From IMG/VR virus record IMGVR_UViG_3300022221_000265, positions 1-61,216 of that record: a DNA stretch of 61,216 bases; one strand, given 5' to 3'. The position numbers were made by a program, and so were the translations under genes. Below the pieces are notes generated by a model. It saw nothing but the letters and a program-made list of their open reading frames with translations, did no database searches and was not told where the DNA came from. The DNA is from a virus. Taxonomy: Duplodnaviria > Caudoviricetes. Of this stretch, positions 51,223 through 61,216 are shown in pieces; the first letter of the stretch is position 1, and each line of letters begins with the position of its first letter.

Positions 51223-52095
51223 CTATACAACAAGACTCTTTAAATACATCTCAAACTCTGATTTGAGTTCATCATGTTTCAAACCGTACTCTACCGTAGC
51301 CTGTAAATAGCCTAATTTACTACCACAGTCATAACGCTTACCTGTAAATGGGTATGCATATACATCCTCTTCATTCATTAACGCAGCAATTGCATCCGTT
51401 AATTGAATTTCATTCCCTGCTCCGCGCTTTGTAACTTTAAGATATTTGAATATAGTAGATGTTAGGATATACCTGCCTACAACAGCTTGTGTAGAAGGAG
51501 CTACATCTGGTTTTGGCTTTTCTACTATTTCCTGAATTTTTGCCATTCCACCATCTGTGCTAGCTGTCTTGACTATACCATATTTGTCAGTTTCATCCTG
51601 TTCAACTTCCTCAACCCCTAAAATACTGGAGTGGGTTTTTTCATATTTTGATACCATCTGTTTCATACATGAATTAGCCCCCCCATCAATTAAATCGTCT
51701 GCCAAAATAACAGCAAAAGGGTCATTACCAACTACAGGTTCAGCACATAGTACTGCGTGCCCAAGGCCTAAAGCCTCTGCTTGTCGAATATAGATACACG
51801 ATACATGTTCAGGAATAATGCCTCTAACCATATCCAGAAGCTTTGTCTTATTCTTTGCCTCAAGCTCCGCTTCCAACTCATATGCCTTGTCAAAATGGTC
51901 TGGAATTGAGCGTTTATTTCTACCTGTTACAAAAATCATTTGATCAATCCCCGCAGAGACAGCTTCTTCTACTGCATACTGAATAAGCGGCTTATCAACA
52001 ATTGGTAGCATCTCTTTAGGGCTGGCTTTGGTAGCAGGTAAAAATCTGGTTCCCATGCCAGCAACAGGGAATACGGCTTTTCTAATGGTTTTCAT
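51223..52095 (-). CDS. galU: UTP-glucose-1-phosphate uridylyltransferase
   Basis: [37 protein letters not shown]. Confidence 0.97.
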   Translation of the reverse strand: MKTIRKAVFPVAGMGTRFLPATKASPKEMLPIVDKPLIQYAVEEAVSAGIDQMIFVTGRNKRSIPDHFDKAYELEAELEAKNKTKLLDMVRGIIPEHVSCIYIRQAEALGLGHAVLCAEPVVGNDPFAVILADDLIDGGANSCMKQMVSKYEKTHSSILGVEEVEQDETDKYGIVKTASTDGGMAKIQEIVEKPKPDVAPSTQAVVGRYILTSTIFKYLKVTKRGAGNEIQLTDAIAALMNEEDVYAYPFTGKRYDCGSKLGYLQATVEYGLKHDELKSEFEMYLKSLVV

Positions 52096-52101
52096 TTATA
52101 A

Positions 52102-53430
52102 TTAAACTTTACTTCTTCCAATTGAATAATACTGAAAGCCCAAATTTTTCATCATTTCGGGATCGTAAATATTCCTCCCATCAAAAATGACTGAATCAGC
52201 TAGAGATGATTTAACTTTATCAAAATCTGGGCTTCTAAAAGCACTCCACTCAGTAATAACGATTAGAGCATCTGCTCCTTCCAAAGCTTGCTCAGGTGAG
52301 TCACAAAGCCTTAAATCTTTATGATTACCATAGATTCTTGTTGTCTCCTCCATGGCTTTGGGATCATAAGCCTGAACTGAAGCTCCGCTTTCCCATAATC
52401 TCTCAATAAGAACACGACTAGGTGCCTCTCTCATGTCATCAGTATTAGGTTTAAATGAAAGCCCCCATAGAGCAAATTTTTTACCTTTCAACTTATTGTC
52501 ATAATGTTGAGATATTTTATTATATAAAACTTCTTTTTGACTGGCATTGACATCTTCTACACTATTTAGAAGACGTGGTGTATACCCGTACTGTTCAGCA
52601 GTTCTCGCTAGAGCATTAACATCTTTAGGAAAACAAGAGCCACCATAACCTGCACCAGGATATATGAAGTGATAACCAATTCGTGGATCTGAACCAATCC
52701 CAATTCTTACATTTTCAATATCTGCACCAGTCCTTTCTGCAATATTTGACAACTCATTCATGAAACTTATTTTTGTAGCCAACATGGCATTTGCAGCATA
52801 TTTGGTCAGCTCTGCAGATTTAACATCCATAATCACAAGACGATCATGATTACGATTAAAGGGTGCATACAAACTCTTAAGTATTTCTGCAGTCCTTACG
52901 TTTTCAGTACCAATAACAATACGATCAGGTTTCATGAAATCTTCTAATGCAGCACCTTCCTTCAGGAACTCTGGGTTTGATACCACGTCAAAATCAACAT
53001 TAAGTCCTCTAGTGCTTAAGACTGACTTTATCTCAGATTCAACTTTATCAGCGGTTCCTATAGGAACTGTGGATTTATCAATAACAATTTTATATTCTTC
53101 CATATGCTCACCAATACTTTTAGCAACAGCCAAAACGTATTGAAGATCAGCCGAACCATCCTCATCTGGAGGGGTGCCTACAGCAATAAACTGGAACAAC
53201 CCATGATCAACACCCTGCTTGATATCTGTAGTAAAAGAAAGGCGACCTGATTCAATATTTTTCTTCACAAGTTCATCAAGACCAGGCTCATATATAGGTA
53301 TTCCACCTGAATTCAATAGGTCTATCTTTGATTTATCTATATCAACACAGATAACATCATTCCCCACCTCAGCCAAACATGTCCCTGTTACAAGTCCAAC
53401 ATATCCTGAACCAAAGATTGTGACTTTCAT
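52102..53430 (-). CDS. ugd: UDP-glucose 6-dehydrogenase
   Basis: [34 protein letters not shown]. Confidence 0.95.
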   Translation of the reverse strand: MKVTIFGSGYVGLVTGTCLAEVGNDVICVDIDKSKIDLLNSGGIPIYEPGLDELVKKNIESGRLSFTTDIKQGVDHGLFQFIAVGTPPDEDGSADLQYVLAVAKSIGEHMEEYKIVIDKSTVPIGTADKVESEIKSVLSTRGLNVDFDVVSNPEFLKEGAALEDFMKPDRIVIGTENVRTAEILKSLYAPFNRNHDRLVIMDVKSAELTKYAANAMLATKISFMNELSNIAERTGADIENVRIGIGSDPRIGYHFIYPGAGYGGSCFPKDVNALARTAEQYGYTPRLLNSVEDVNASQKEVLYNKISQHYDNKLKGKKFALWGLSFKPNTDDMREAPSRVLIERLWESGASVQAYDPKAMEETTRIYGNHKDLRLCDSPEQALEGADALIVITEWSAFRSPDFDKVKSSLADSVIFDGRNIYDPEMMKNLGFQYYSIGRSKV

Positions 53431-53589
53431 AAAATCTCCATTTGAAATTTATAAATGAACTGTTTTTTACAGCGCAACAAACTATTTCGCTATATTATAG
53501 TGCGATTATACATTAAGTAGTTTATGTAACAATATGTTAGAACAGATTTATTTAATACATATAAATATTTCGTGTTGTACAAAATGTAC

Positions 53590-55563
53590 TCAATGAAGAG
53601 GCTTTTGAGGTATAACATTACTATCCGACTTCTTTACATCTTCGCTACTCTCGGGGTGTTTTGATTTTGAGAGTTTCTGATTTTCCCAAACTGGATCTGT
53701 GGTTTGTGATTTTGGGTTAAACTCAATTACCGCATCTTTCAAAATAGCGACAACATTTTCGGCATCAAAATTCATACAGCTTTTCTCAAATAATTTAAGA
53801 TATTGAATTACAACATCGTAAGGTAACTCATTTTCTTCAGCTCTCATTATCTTCGGATGTTCAGTTCCTGAGGCGTTATCGCCTATTAGCAATTCCTCAT
53901 ATAGCTTTTCGCCCGGTCGAAGCCCTGTATATTTTATTTCTATTCCGCTTCGCCGACCCGCATCATCCTTAACATCGTGACCACTTAGATGGATCATACT
54001 TCTTGCTAAATCTACAATCTTAACTGGTTCTCCCATATCAAGCACAAATACGTCCCCACCTTCACCCATTGTAGACGCCTGTAAAACCAGTTGAGAAGCT
54101 TCCGATATTGTCATGAAATATCTTGTGATTTCTGGGTGAGTAACTGTTACCGGCCCACCTTTTCTTATTTGCCCCCTAAATAATGGTACAACAGACCCTG
54201 ATGAACCAAGGACATTACCAAATCTCACCATTGAAAAAATTGGTTTAGTATATTTCCTAGCTAAAGCCTGTAATACTAATTCAGCCATTCGTTTTGTTGC
54301 CCCCATTACATTTGTTGGACGAACGGCTTTATCTGTAGATATGAGAATAAATTTCTCGATATTCGCAGCAATTGCTGCTTCAGCACATCTCCATGTACCA
54401 ATTACATTATTCCATACTCCCTCTATAGGGTTTGATTCTACTAATGGAACATGTTTATAAGCAGCAGCATGATATATTACCTGTATATTCAGAGATTTTA
54501 ATACTGTTTCTACTTTTTCTTTATTTGTAATGGAGCCCAAAACAGGAATGATATCTATTAATTTATTTTTCTCATTCATGTTTAACTCTGAATCAATTTT
54601 ATAGAGCGCAAACTCACTTAGCTCAAACAAAACAAGTCTTTTTGGTGAAAATCTAACAATTTGTCTACACAATTCTGACCCAATTGACCCTCCTGCACCA
54701 CTAACAAATATTGACTTTCCACGAATACTAGAATCGAGCAATGGTTCTCTTGGTGAAACAACATCTCTACCTAACAAATCTTCAATTTTAATTTCTGTAA
54801 TATCACTGACATTTGCTTTGCCAGACAGCAACTCTACCATCCCAGGCACCGATTTAATTTGTACTGGGTAGGGTTCAAGTTTTTCTAAAATCTCATAACG
54901 ACGTTTATGTGTTACAGACGGCAAGGCCAGCAGAACATCTTTTACATTATATTTATCAACTAATTGTTGTAATTTATCTGAAGGATAAACTTTTATACCG
55001 TGAATCTCACTGCCATATAAATCAGTATTATCATCAAGAAAAGCAACAGGTCTGTAATCATTACCAATCTGTAAGATTTTTGTAATTTCTGCACCTGTTG
55101 CCCCTGCGCCGTAAACCACAACAGATTGTTTATAATTATCTACCGCACTAGCATGCAGCAGACTACGTATAAAAAATCGACTTCCACCTATAAATAAAAA
55201 ACTAATCCCCCAAAATAAAATAAATACCGACCTAGGTATCCCTTTTATTTCAAAGAGAATTACAAATAGAACGAACATAAATGTTAAGAGCGTAATTGCC
55301 TTGGCAATAGCTACAATCGCTTTTTGCCCTATATACCTTATTACTGCACGATACAATCCTATTCTTAAGAAAATAGGTATGCTTACGAGTGGAATAAAGA
55401 AAAACAAAGGAATGGCTTGTTTAATATTGACTGGAAACCATTCACCAAGCCTGATTGAAAAAGCTAACCATATTGCACATGACAACAATATCATATCAAA
55501 CAATATCAATATTATTTTTTTATAATTTGGCGATATGGTGGCAATTAATCCAGAGATATTCAT
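53590..55563 (-). CDS. Nucleoside-diphosphate sugar epimerase/dehydratase (WbpM/CapD/PglF-like)
   Basis: N-terminal TM segments, GAGGSIGSE, HAAAYKHVP, STDKAVRPTNVMGATKR. Confidence 0.93.
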   Translation of the reverse strand: MNISGLIATISPNYKKIILILFDMILLSCAIWLAFSIRLGEWFPVNIKQAIPLFFFIPLVSIPIFLRIGLYRAVIRYIGQKAIVAIAKAITLLTFMFVLFVILFEIKGIPRSVFILFWGISFLFIGGSRFFIRSLLHASAVDNYKQSVVVYGAGATGAEITKILQIGNDYRPVAFLDDNTDLYGSEIHGIKVYPSDKLQQLVDKYNVKDVLLALPSVTHKRRYEILEKLEPYPVQIKSVPGMVELLSGKANVSDITEIKIEDLLGRDVVSPREPLLDSSIRGKSIFVSGAGGSIGSELCRQIVRFSPKRLVLFELSEFALYKIDSELNMNEKNKLIDIIPVLGSITNKEKVETVLKSLNIQVIYHAAAYKHVPLVESNPIEGVWNNVIGTWRCAEAAIAANIEKFILISTDKAVRPTNVMGATKRMAELVLQALARKYTKPIFSMVRFGNVLGSSGSVVPLFRGQIRKGGPVTVTHPEITRYFMTISEASQLVLQASTMGEGGDVFVLDMGEPVKIVDLARSMIHLSGHDVKDDAGRRSGIEIKYTGLRPGEKLYEELLIGDNASGTEHPKIMRAEENELPYDVVIQYLKLFEKSCMNFDAENVVAILKDAVIEFNPKSQTTDPVWENQKLSKSKHPESSEDVKKSDSNVIPQKPLH

Positions 55564-55719
55564 ATATGGCTTCTATTGATGATAATTAAAATTTGATTTA
55601 TTTTCATAGTATATATCATATTTTTACTGATGGTTTTTATCGGTATTTATATATACACAGTATACTATTGCGTGTTTTATCTATAACACATTAATAATTA
55701 TAGAATTTTTTAATAATTA

Positions 55720-56757
55720 TTACAGTTCTTGTTGCTCATCAGCACCAGCTTTATATTTTATTGCTATTATTAGAAGGGGTAAATAAGCAATTATAACGCC
55801 AAGCATACCGTCTATTCTCTTACTCGCAACCAGGTATGCCAAGGGAAACAACCAAAATAAGTTTATTGCTCCAACGGCTAGTGATACTTTAGTATGAGAT
55901 TTGTATTTACGTGAAATGTATTGATAGGCATGGTTACGGTGTGCTTTATGAAGCTTCTCTTTCCTAATTAATCGTCTGATGAGAGTAGTTGTAGCATCAA
56001 CAACAAAAACTCCAATGAGTATAATCCACCCCCAAAATAATTCTTCTGCAAACCAAGCTGCCTGTAATGAAAACACACCTAAAGTCATTCCGAGAAATCC
56101 ACTTCCAACATCGCCCATGAATATTTTTGCTGTTGGAAAGTTCCAGAACAAAAACCCTAATACAGCAAAACTTAAGATTAGTGGCATCACCCAGTTACTA
56201 GTATCAGGAAAAAACAAAAGGTAAAGTAAAGTTCCACCTAAGCATACTGTAATTGCCTCTATCCCTGCTATTCCATTAATCCCGTCCATAAAATTAAACA
56301 AATTCAACAACCACACCAGACAAATTGCAGCTAGCACATACCCCCAATATCCTAATTCAAGGGTATAGCCAAATATGACAACGGAATCCAAACCACCCTG
56401 CATGACTAATGCCATAATAACTGCAACAAAATGTAAGAGTAGTCTCCACCTTGCTTTTACATGACTATGGTCATCAAGCCAACCGACTATTGCAATAATA
56501 CTGCCAGGTGCGAAAATCATCCAAAAATTCGTCGAGTCAAGTATATTTTGCAGCCAAAAAACAACTGACATTAATAATGTCACAATAACGACTGAACCTC
56601 CTCCTCCATTAGGAGTCGCCATGGTATGTGAGCTACGATTATTTGGGATTGCAAGAAGGCTCTTATCGATAGCATAACGCCTAATAAAACCTGTAAGCAT
56701 ATATGCTACGATACTAACAAACAGACACCATACTAATATGGAAACATTATTATGCAA
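55720..56757 (-). CDS. Undecaprenyl-phosphate sugar-1-P transferase (WbpL/MraY-like)
   Basis: RSSH..TP.GGG, GWLDD, NFMDGINGIA, IFMGDVGS, HR.HAYQ. Confidence 0.92.
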   Translation of the reverse strand: MHNNVSILVWCLFVSIVAYMLTGFIRRYAIDKSLLAIPNNRSSHTMATPNGGGGSVVIVTLLMSVVFWLQNILDSTNFWMIFAPGSIIAIVGWLDDHSHVKARWRLLLHFVAVIMALVMQGGLDSVVIFGYTLELGYWGYVLAAICLVWLLNLFNFMDGINGIAGIEAITVCLGGTLLYLLFFPDTSNWVMPLILSFAVLGFLFWNFPTAKIFMGDVGSGFLGMTLGVFSLQAAWFAEELFWGWIILIGVFVVDATTTLIRRLIRKEKLHKAHRNHAYQYISRKYKSHTKVSLAVGAINLFWLFPLAYLVASKRIDGMLGVIIAYLPLLIIAIKYKAGADEQQEL

Positions 56758-56976
56758 AGATCACCAGTATTGTTTAATTGTTAACATACACATCTTAACG
56801 CTATTTTGATATTCAAAATATTTCATAAAGCATAAAACTTAATGCTATTCATTATTGATTAATGTTAATGTTTTGCTATGGAATTGCTAATTCTAACTGA
56901 AAAATATCACTTATCAATTCTATTGGATGATCAGCTAACTAAGACTTGATATATAGCCATCATTTTTTTGGATTAT

Positions 56977-58095
56977 TTAATTCAGCAAGTTTTTATAGAT
57001 TTCCATATGCTCCTTGACAACATATTCCACTCTATATCTTTCTTCTGCTATCTTACGTGCATATTTACCCATATCAACCAAAATATTTCGATCAGATAAA
57101 ATACTTATAATTGAATTTGCTAAAGAAACAGAGTCTCCGACAGGTACTAACTTACCATTTTTCTCAGATTCGACAACATCACGACATCCTGGAGCATCTG
57201 TAGTCACAATTGCTCTTCCTGATGCTAGTGCATCTAATAACGACTTTGGCATACCTTCTCGGTATGATGGTAAAACTACTAAACTTGCCTCAGCATAGAC
57301 TGATGGCATGTCAGCGCAATACCCCCACCACTCAACAGGCCCCTCATTCTTCCAGACTTCAAGTTGCTCTATTGTAACTGCTGCTGGATTATCTAAATCT
57401 GCAGGCCCCACTAATGCAAACCTTGCTTTTACTCCATCTGCTTGAAGTATTTTAGCTGCTTCTACAAACTCTTTTACACCTTTATCCCATAACATCCTGG
57501 CTGGCAGGATAACTAATGGAATTCCTTCTGGTAATGGCTTCGGAACAAATTCTCTTAAATTTACTCCTGAACCAGGAATCAAAACATCTTGTCCTTCATT
57601 AAGCACACCCATATCCTGTAACAATTTTCGATCTGTTCTGTTTTGAACAATAACTCGACTATTTTTGTGCCCCAAAGAAAAACGATAAATCCAGCTAACT
57701 AGTTTTTTCACCAGGCCTTGGCGCTGTCTTGTGAATAAATAACCCATCCCACTAATAGCAATAACTACACCTTTCACACTCATTAAGCGTGATAAAATAC
57801 CTCCGTATATAACTGGTTTTATAGTTACTAAGTGTACGAGTTCTGGTTTTAATTTTCTATAGATCTTGAATAAAGCAAATAGTAACCTCAATTCAGAAAA
57901 CGGGTTTTTTCCTCCTCGTGAAATTGGAATTTTTATATAGTTTAGTCCAGCATCTGTTATTTCTTCCTCACGAAGCCCCGTACCAGTTGCAATAGTCACT
58001 TCATATCCTGCCTGTAATGCACCTATGGCTATTGGTAGGCGATGAGAAACGAAAAATGCAGAATCATTTACAACTATCAAAAGCCTTTTTTTCAA
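56977..58095 (-). CDS. GT4 (CapM-like) glycosyltransferase
   Basis: TIKPVIYG, PGSGV, RMLWDKGVKEF, PSYREGMPKSL. Confidence 0.92.
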   Translation of the reverse strand: MKKRLLIVVNDSAFFVSHRLPIAIGALQAGYEVTIATGTGLREEEITDAGLNYIKIPISRGGKNPFSELRLLFALFKIYRKLKPELVHLVTIKPVIYGGILSRLMSVKGVVIAISGMGYLFTRQRQGLVKKLVSWIYRFSLGHKNSRVIVQNRTDRKLLQDMGVLNEGQDVLIPGSGVNLREFVPKPLPEGIPLVILPARMLWDKGVKEFVEAAKILQADGVKARFALVGPADLDNPAAVTIEQLEVWKNEGPVEWWGYCADMPSVYAEASLVVLPSYREGMPKSLLDALASGRAIVTTDAPGCRDVVESEKNGKLVPVGDSVSLANSIISILSDRNILVDMGKYARKIAEERYRVEYVVKEHMEIYKNLLN

Positions 58096-60032
58096 TTATG
58101 ACTCTCTCTCCATGCCTGAAACATCAAAACATCCCATAAAAGATAGTGCCACCTAGCACTACCTGATATGTGTTCATTCCACTTCTTCCGTATAAGTTTG
58201 GGATCGAAAAAACCTTCATCACAGATTCTTTTCTCATCAAGCAACTCTTCTCCCCATTCTCGCAATGGCCCACGCAACCACTGTTCAATAGGTACACCAA
58301 ACCCCATCTTTGGACGTTCCATTATTTTTTGTGGTACATATTTGTAAAGTACTTGTCTCAACAGCCATTTTCCTTGTCCTGCACGAAGTTTAGATTCCAT
58401 AGGAATTTTCCACGAAAATTCTATTAACTCATGATCAAGCATAGGTACGCGCGCTTCAAGACTTACTGCCATACTTGCGCGATCAACTTTTGTCAGTATG
58501 TCATCAGGCAAGTATGTCATCATATCTAGCAACATCATTTGCCCTTTATAGTCTGATATATTGTTAATCTTATCAAACAACATTGTTATGTTATCTGGTT
58601 CTTTAGCATCAATTACAACTTGATCAGGTTTTTTCCAATGTGATATCAAGTCTTGATAAAAAGACTTTCCATCATTGTGTACTAGAACTTCTGCTAGTTT
58701 TGGCAATCTATCTGCAAGACTTGACACCCGATAACGCCTGGGTAAAATTCTTTGCATAACTTCCAGAGAGTGTCCCGGAGCCCTCAGAAGTAGCCATGAA
58801 ATAAAACGTCGCCCCATAGGTGGCACCCGCTGTAAGTTCTGCCACATGTTATAACCCATCACATAACGATTATACCCGCAAAATAACTCATCACCTCCAT
58901 CGCCTGACAGACTCACTGTTACATGTTGACGTGCAAGCTGACTCACAAGAAAGGTAGGGATTTGTGATGAATCAGAAAATGGTTCATCATATATATGTGG
59001 CAGCTTTGGGATAACTGCCATAGCCTCTTCTGGAGTAACATAAAGTTCAGTATGTTCCGTACCTAAATGCTCAGCCACCAACTTAGCATGGTCTGCTTCA
59101 TTGTATGCCTTTTCATTAAACCCAATTGAAAATGTTTTCACTGGCTTACTACTTTGTGATTGCATCATTGCAACAACAGCACTTGAGTCGAAACCGCCGG
59201 AGAGAAAGGCTCCTAAAGGAACATCAGATTCCATACGATATTTTATCGCACGATTCATTGTTACATCTAACTCATCAATCAGTTCCTTAGAATCACATTT
59301 GTTGTGTGAAATTCCATTTTCAGCTATCGCATGTATATTCCAGTAACACACTGGCTTAAATAATTGTTCAGCACCTTCTCGTACAACCAGATAGTGTGCA
59401 GGATGAAGTTTATGAATACCTTTGTATATACTCCATGGCGCAGGTACATAATTGTGTCGCAAAAACAATGTTAGTGCATCACGATCAATCTCTCCTTTCC
59501 AGCCTGGATATGCCTCTAATGCTTTTAGCTCAGAACCAAAAAGAAATACTCCTTCATGGTATCCGTAATAAAGAGGTTTCTCTCCCATTCTGTCGCGCGC
59601 AAGAATTAGGCTCTTCTCAGAGTCATCCCAAAGTGCAAATGCAAACATGCCATTTAATCTACTTAAGGCCCCTTCTATACCCCAGTGACGTAGAGCAGCT
59701 AATAATGTTTCTGTGTCAGAATGGCCCGCCCAGTCAAAGTGCCCACCCCTACGTTCTAGCTCTGTTCGAATCTCACGATGATTATAAATTTCTCCATTAT
59801 AAACAAGAACAAATCGTTTGCATGGTGATATCATTGGCTGGTGTCCTGCTGCAGAAAGATCCAGGATTGAAAGCCGTCTATGCACCAAACCAATATCTGA
59901 TTTTTTATTTAGCCATATACCAGAATCATCAGGACCACGGTGCTTGATTGCATCCCCCATCTGGGTTAAGACTTGTGGGAACTCTCCCTCAGATATACCA
60001 GTATCTCCCAAAAAACCTGCAAAACCACACAT
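58092..60032 (-). CDS. asnB: Asparagine synthase-like glutamine amidotransferase
   Basis: True start MCGFAG at 60032 (Ntn Cys2), HRGPD, FLSGG.DSS, SGDGGDELF. Confidence 0.93.
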   Translation of the reverse strand: MCGFAGFLGDTGISEGEFPQVLTQMGDAIKHRGPDDSGIWLNKKSDIGLVHRRLSILDLSAAGHQPMISPCKRFVLVYNGEIYNHREIRTELERRGGHFDWAGHSDTETLLAALRHWGIEGALSRLNGMFAFALWDDSEKSLILARDRMGEKPLYYGYHEGVFLFGSELKALEAYPGWKGEIDRDALTLFLRHNYVPAPWSIYKGIHKLHPAHYLVVREGAEQLFKPVCYWNIHAIAENGISHNKCDSKELIDELDVTMNRAIKYRMESDVPLGAFLSGGFDSSAVVAMMQSQSSKPVKTFSIGFNEKAYNEADHAKLVAEHLGTEHTELYVTPEEAMAVIPKLPHIYDEPFSDSSQIPTFLVSQLARQHVTVSLSGDGGDELFCGYNRYVMGYNMWQNLQRVPPMGRRFISWLLLRAPGHSLEVMQRILPRRYRVSSLADRLPKLAEVLVHNDGKSFYQDLISHWKKPDQVVIDAKEPDNITMLFDKINNISDYKGQMMLLDMMTYLPDDILTKVDRASMAVSLEARVPMLDHELIEFSWKIPMESKLRAGQGKWLLRQVLYKYVPQKIMERPKMGFGVPIEQWLRGPLREWGEELLDEKRICDEGFFDPKLIRKKWNEHISGSARWHYLLWDVLMFQAWRESHN

Positions 60033-61216
60033 CAGCTTCCCATCACCCTCTGATACCACTGTCGGTACATCAATACAGTCCATAACTTAGCCTGTTGATC
60101 CGATCCTGCTTGATGCTTAGTCCATGTTTCACGCACTACCTTAGCATCTAAACCACAATCTTCGATATCAGCTGGATCCAGCAGACTTTCTGCCCAGTCA
60201 CGTAGTTGACTACGTAGCCACATTCCCACAGGCATACCAAATCCTTGTTTTGGTCGATCAATCATATCTTTTGGCACATATTTATAAAGTACTTCGCGTA
60301 ACACCAATTTACCCTTATCACCCGTTTCAGTCAGTTTTAACTTTGTATCAAGGCCTATGCACCATTCAACAATTGGGTGGGTAAGCAAAGGGACTCTGGC
60401 CTCAAGGGAAACTGCCATAGTAGCCCTATCTACTTTTGTTAGAATATCGTCCTGCAGATAGGCACTCTGGTCTATAAGCATCATTTCTTCTGCCCATGTC
60501 AAATCAGGATAAGCTGCTGCATCAGCGCCTAATCGTTGTTGTGGGACATAATTTGAGAGTAGACTACCTGGTTCAGACCAGATTGACATTGTTTTCGGAT
60601 ATGCATCACTTCTTTTACATCCAAGATAAGATGCAAAACGATATATCCTATTTGATAAACCCTCTGAACCTGAATAACGATATCCCAAAGCTGGGTCAAC
60701 AATTTTATCCCAAATAAATCCTGGTGAATGTTCAAGTGTAGCTGATAATAATTTTAATCCCGCAGGTGATAGTTTTTTTCTTAATTTTTCAATTCGTTTG
60801 GCCCAATAATACCTTGGATAGCCTCCAAATAGTTCATCACCACCATCTCCAGAAAGGCAAACAGTCACAGATTCTCGTGCAAATTTAGAAACTAGATAAG
60901 TGGGAATCGCGCTGTTATCAGCAAAAGGCTCATCAAATTTTCCGCAAACCTCTGGAACGAGATTTGGTATATCGTCTGCATTTAGTATTAATTCATTGTG
61001 ATCAGTACCCAGGTGTTTAGCAACCTCTCTAGCATATTTTGACTCATCATGAGACTGTTCTGTAAATCCTATTGAAAAGGTTTTAATTGGCTGCATTGAT
61101 TCAGCCTGCATTAACGCAACAATAGTTGATGAATCTACTCCACCAGAAAGGAAAGCCCCAAATGGGGCATCAGATTGCATATGCATGCTTATAGATTTTC
61201 GCAGCTTGACGTCAAG
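60032..61216 (-). CDS. asnB: Second asparagine synthase-like amidotransferase (5' end outside the window)
   Basis: FLSGGVDSS, DEPFADNS, SGDGGDELFGGY, KVDRATMAVSLEARVP. Confidence 0.9.
   Translation of the reverse strand, partial: LDVKLRKSISMHMQSDAPFGAFLSGGVDSSTIVALMQAESMQPIKTFSIGFTEQSHDESKYAREVAKHLGTDHNELILNADDIPNLVPEVCGKFDEPFADNSAIPTYLVSKFARESVTVCLSGDGGDELFGGYPRYYWAKRIEKLRKKLSPAGLKLLSATLEHSPGFIWDKIVDPALGYRYSGSEGLSNRIYRFASYLGCKRSDAYPKTMSIWSEPGSLLSNYVPQQRLGADAAAYPDLTWAEEMMLIDQSAYLQDDILTKVDRATMAVSLEARVPLLTHPIVEWCIGLDTKLKLTETGDKGKLVLREVLYKYVPKDMIDRPKQGFGMPVGMWLRSQLRDWAESLLDPADIEDCGLDAKVVRETWTKHQAGSDQQAKLWTVLMYRQWYQRVMGS

Noticed and set aside
58092-61216. Tandem asnB genes as a novelty
   Set aside because: AsnB-like amidotransferases are common in O-antigen and capsule clusters.
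51223-61216. Functional link between the phage PagL-like gene and the adjacent LPS cluster
   Set aside because: The adjacency follows from the tRNA position, and nothing in the sequence ties them together.

Overview
A gammaproteobacterial chromosome segment. The left flank holds uvrB (partial), an aspartate-type aminotransferase, a FimT-like pseudopilin and tRNA-Asn(GTT). An apparently complete ~45.7 kb siphovirus-type prophage (about 3663-49380) is integrated in the tRNA 3' end by a large serine recombinase (LSR) whose reading frame runs through the att site. The prophage carries two extra atypical tyrosine recombinases, a primase-helicase with a probable ori, an Arc/Arc switch and a Mor/C-like activator with three matching late-promoter boxes. 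It also has a moron cluster (lipoprotein, lone receiver domain, PagL-like barrel), a lambda-like tail, a protease-capsid fusion, a repeat-flanked 6-gene fibre cassette, an enlarged tRNA-like RNA and a MuF protein with a JAB domain. Next comes a 1.6 kb integrase-less islet (49381-50984) bounded by further tRNA-3' copies. Its right end encodes a second LSR-type C-terminal tail, and it carries a homologue of a small prophage early protein plus an FRG-domain gene. This att-flanked islet is the best candidate for an undescribed system. The right flank is a host LPS/capsule cluster (galU, ugd, WbpM-like, WbpL-like, GT4, two asnB-like genes). All family calls come from motif recognition by eye; no searches were run.
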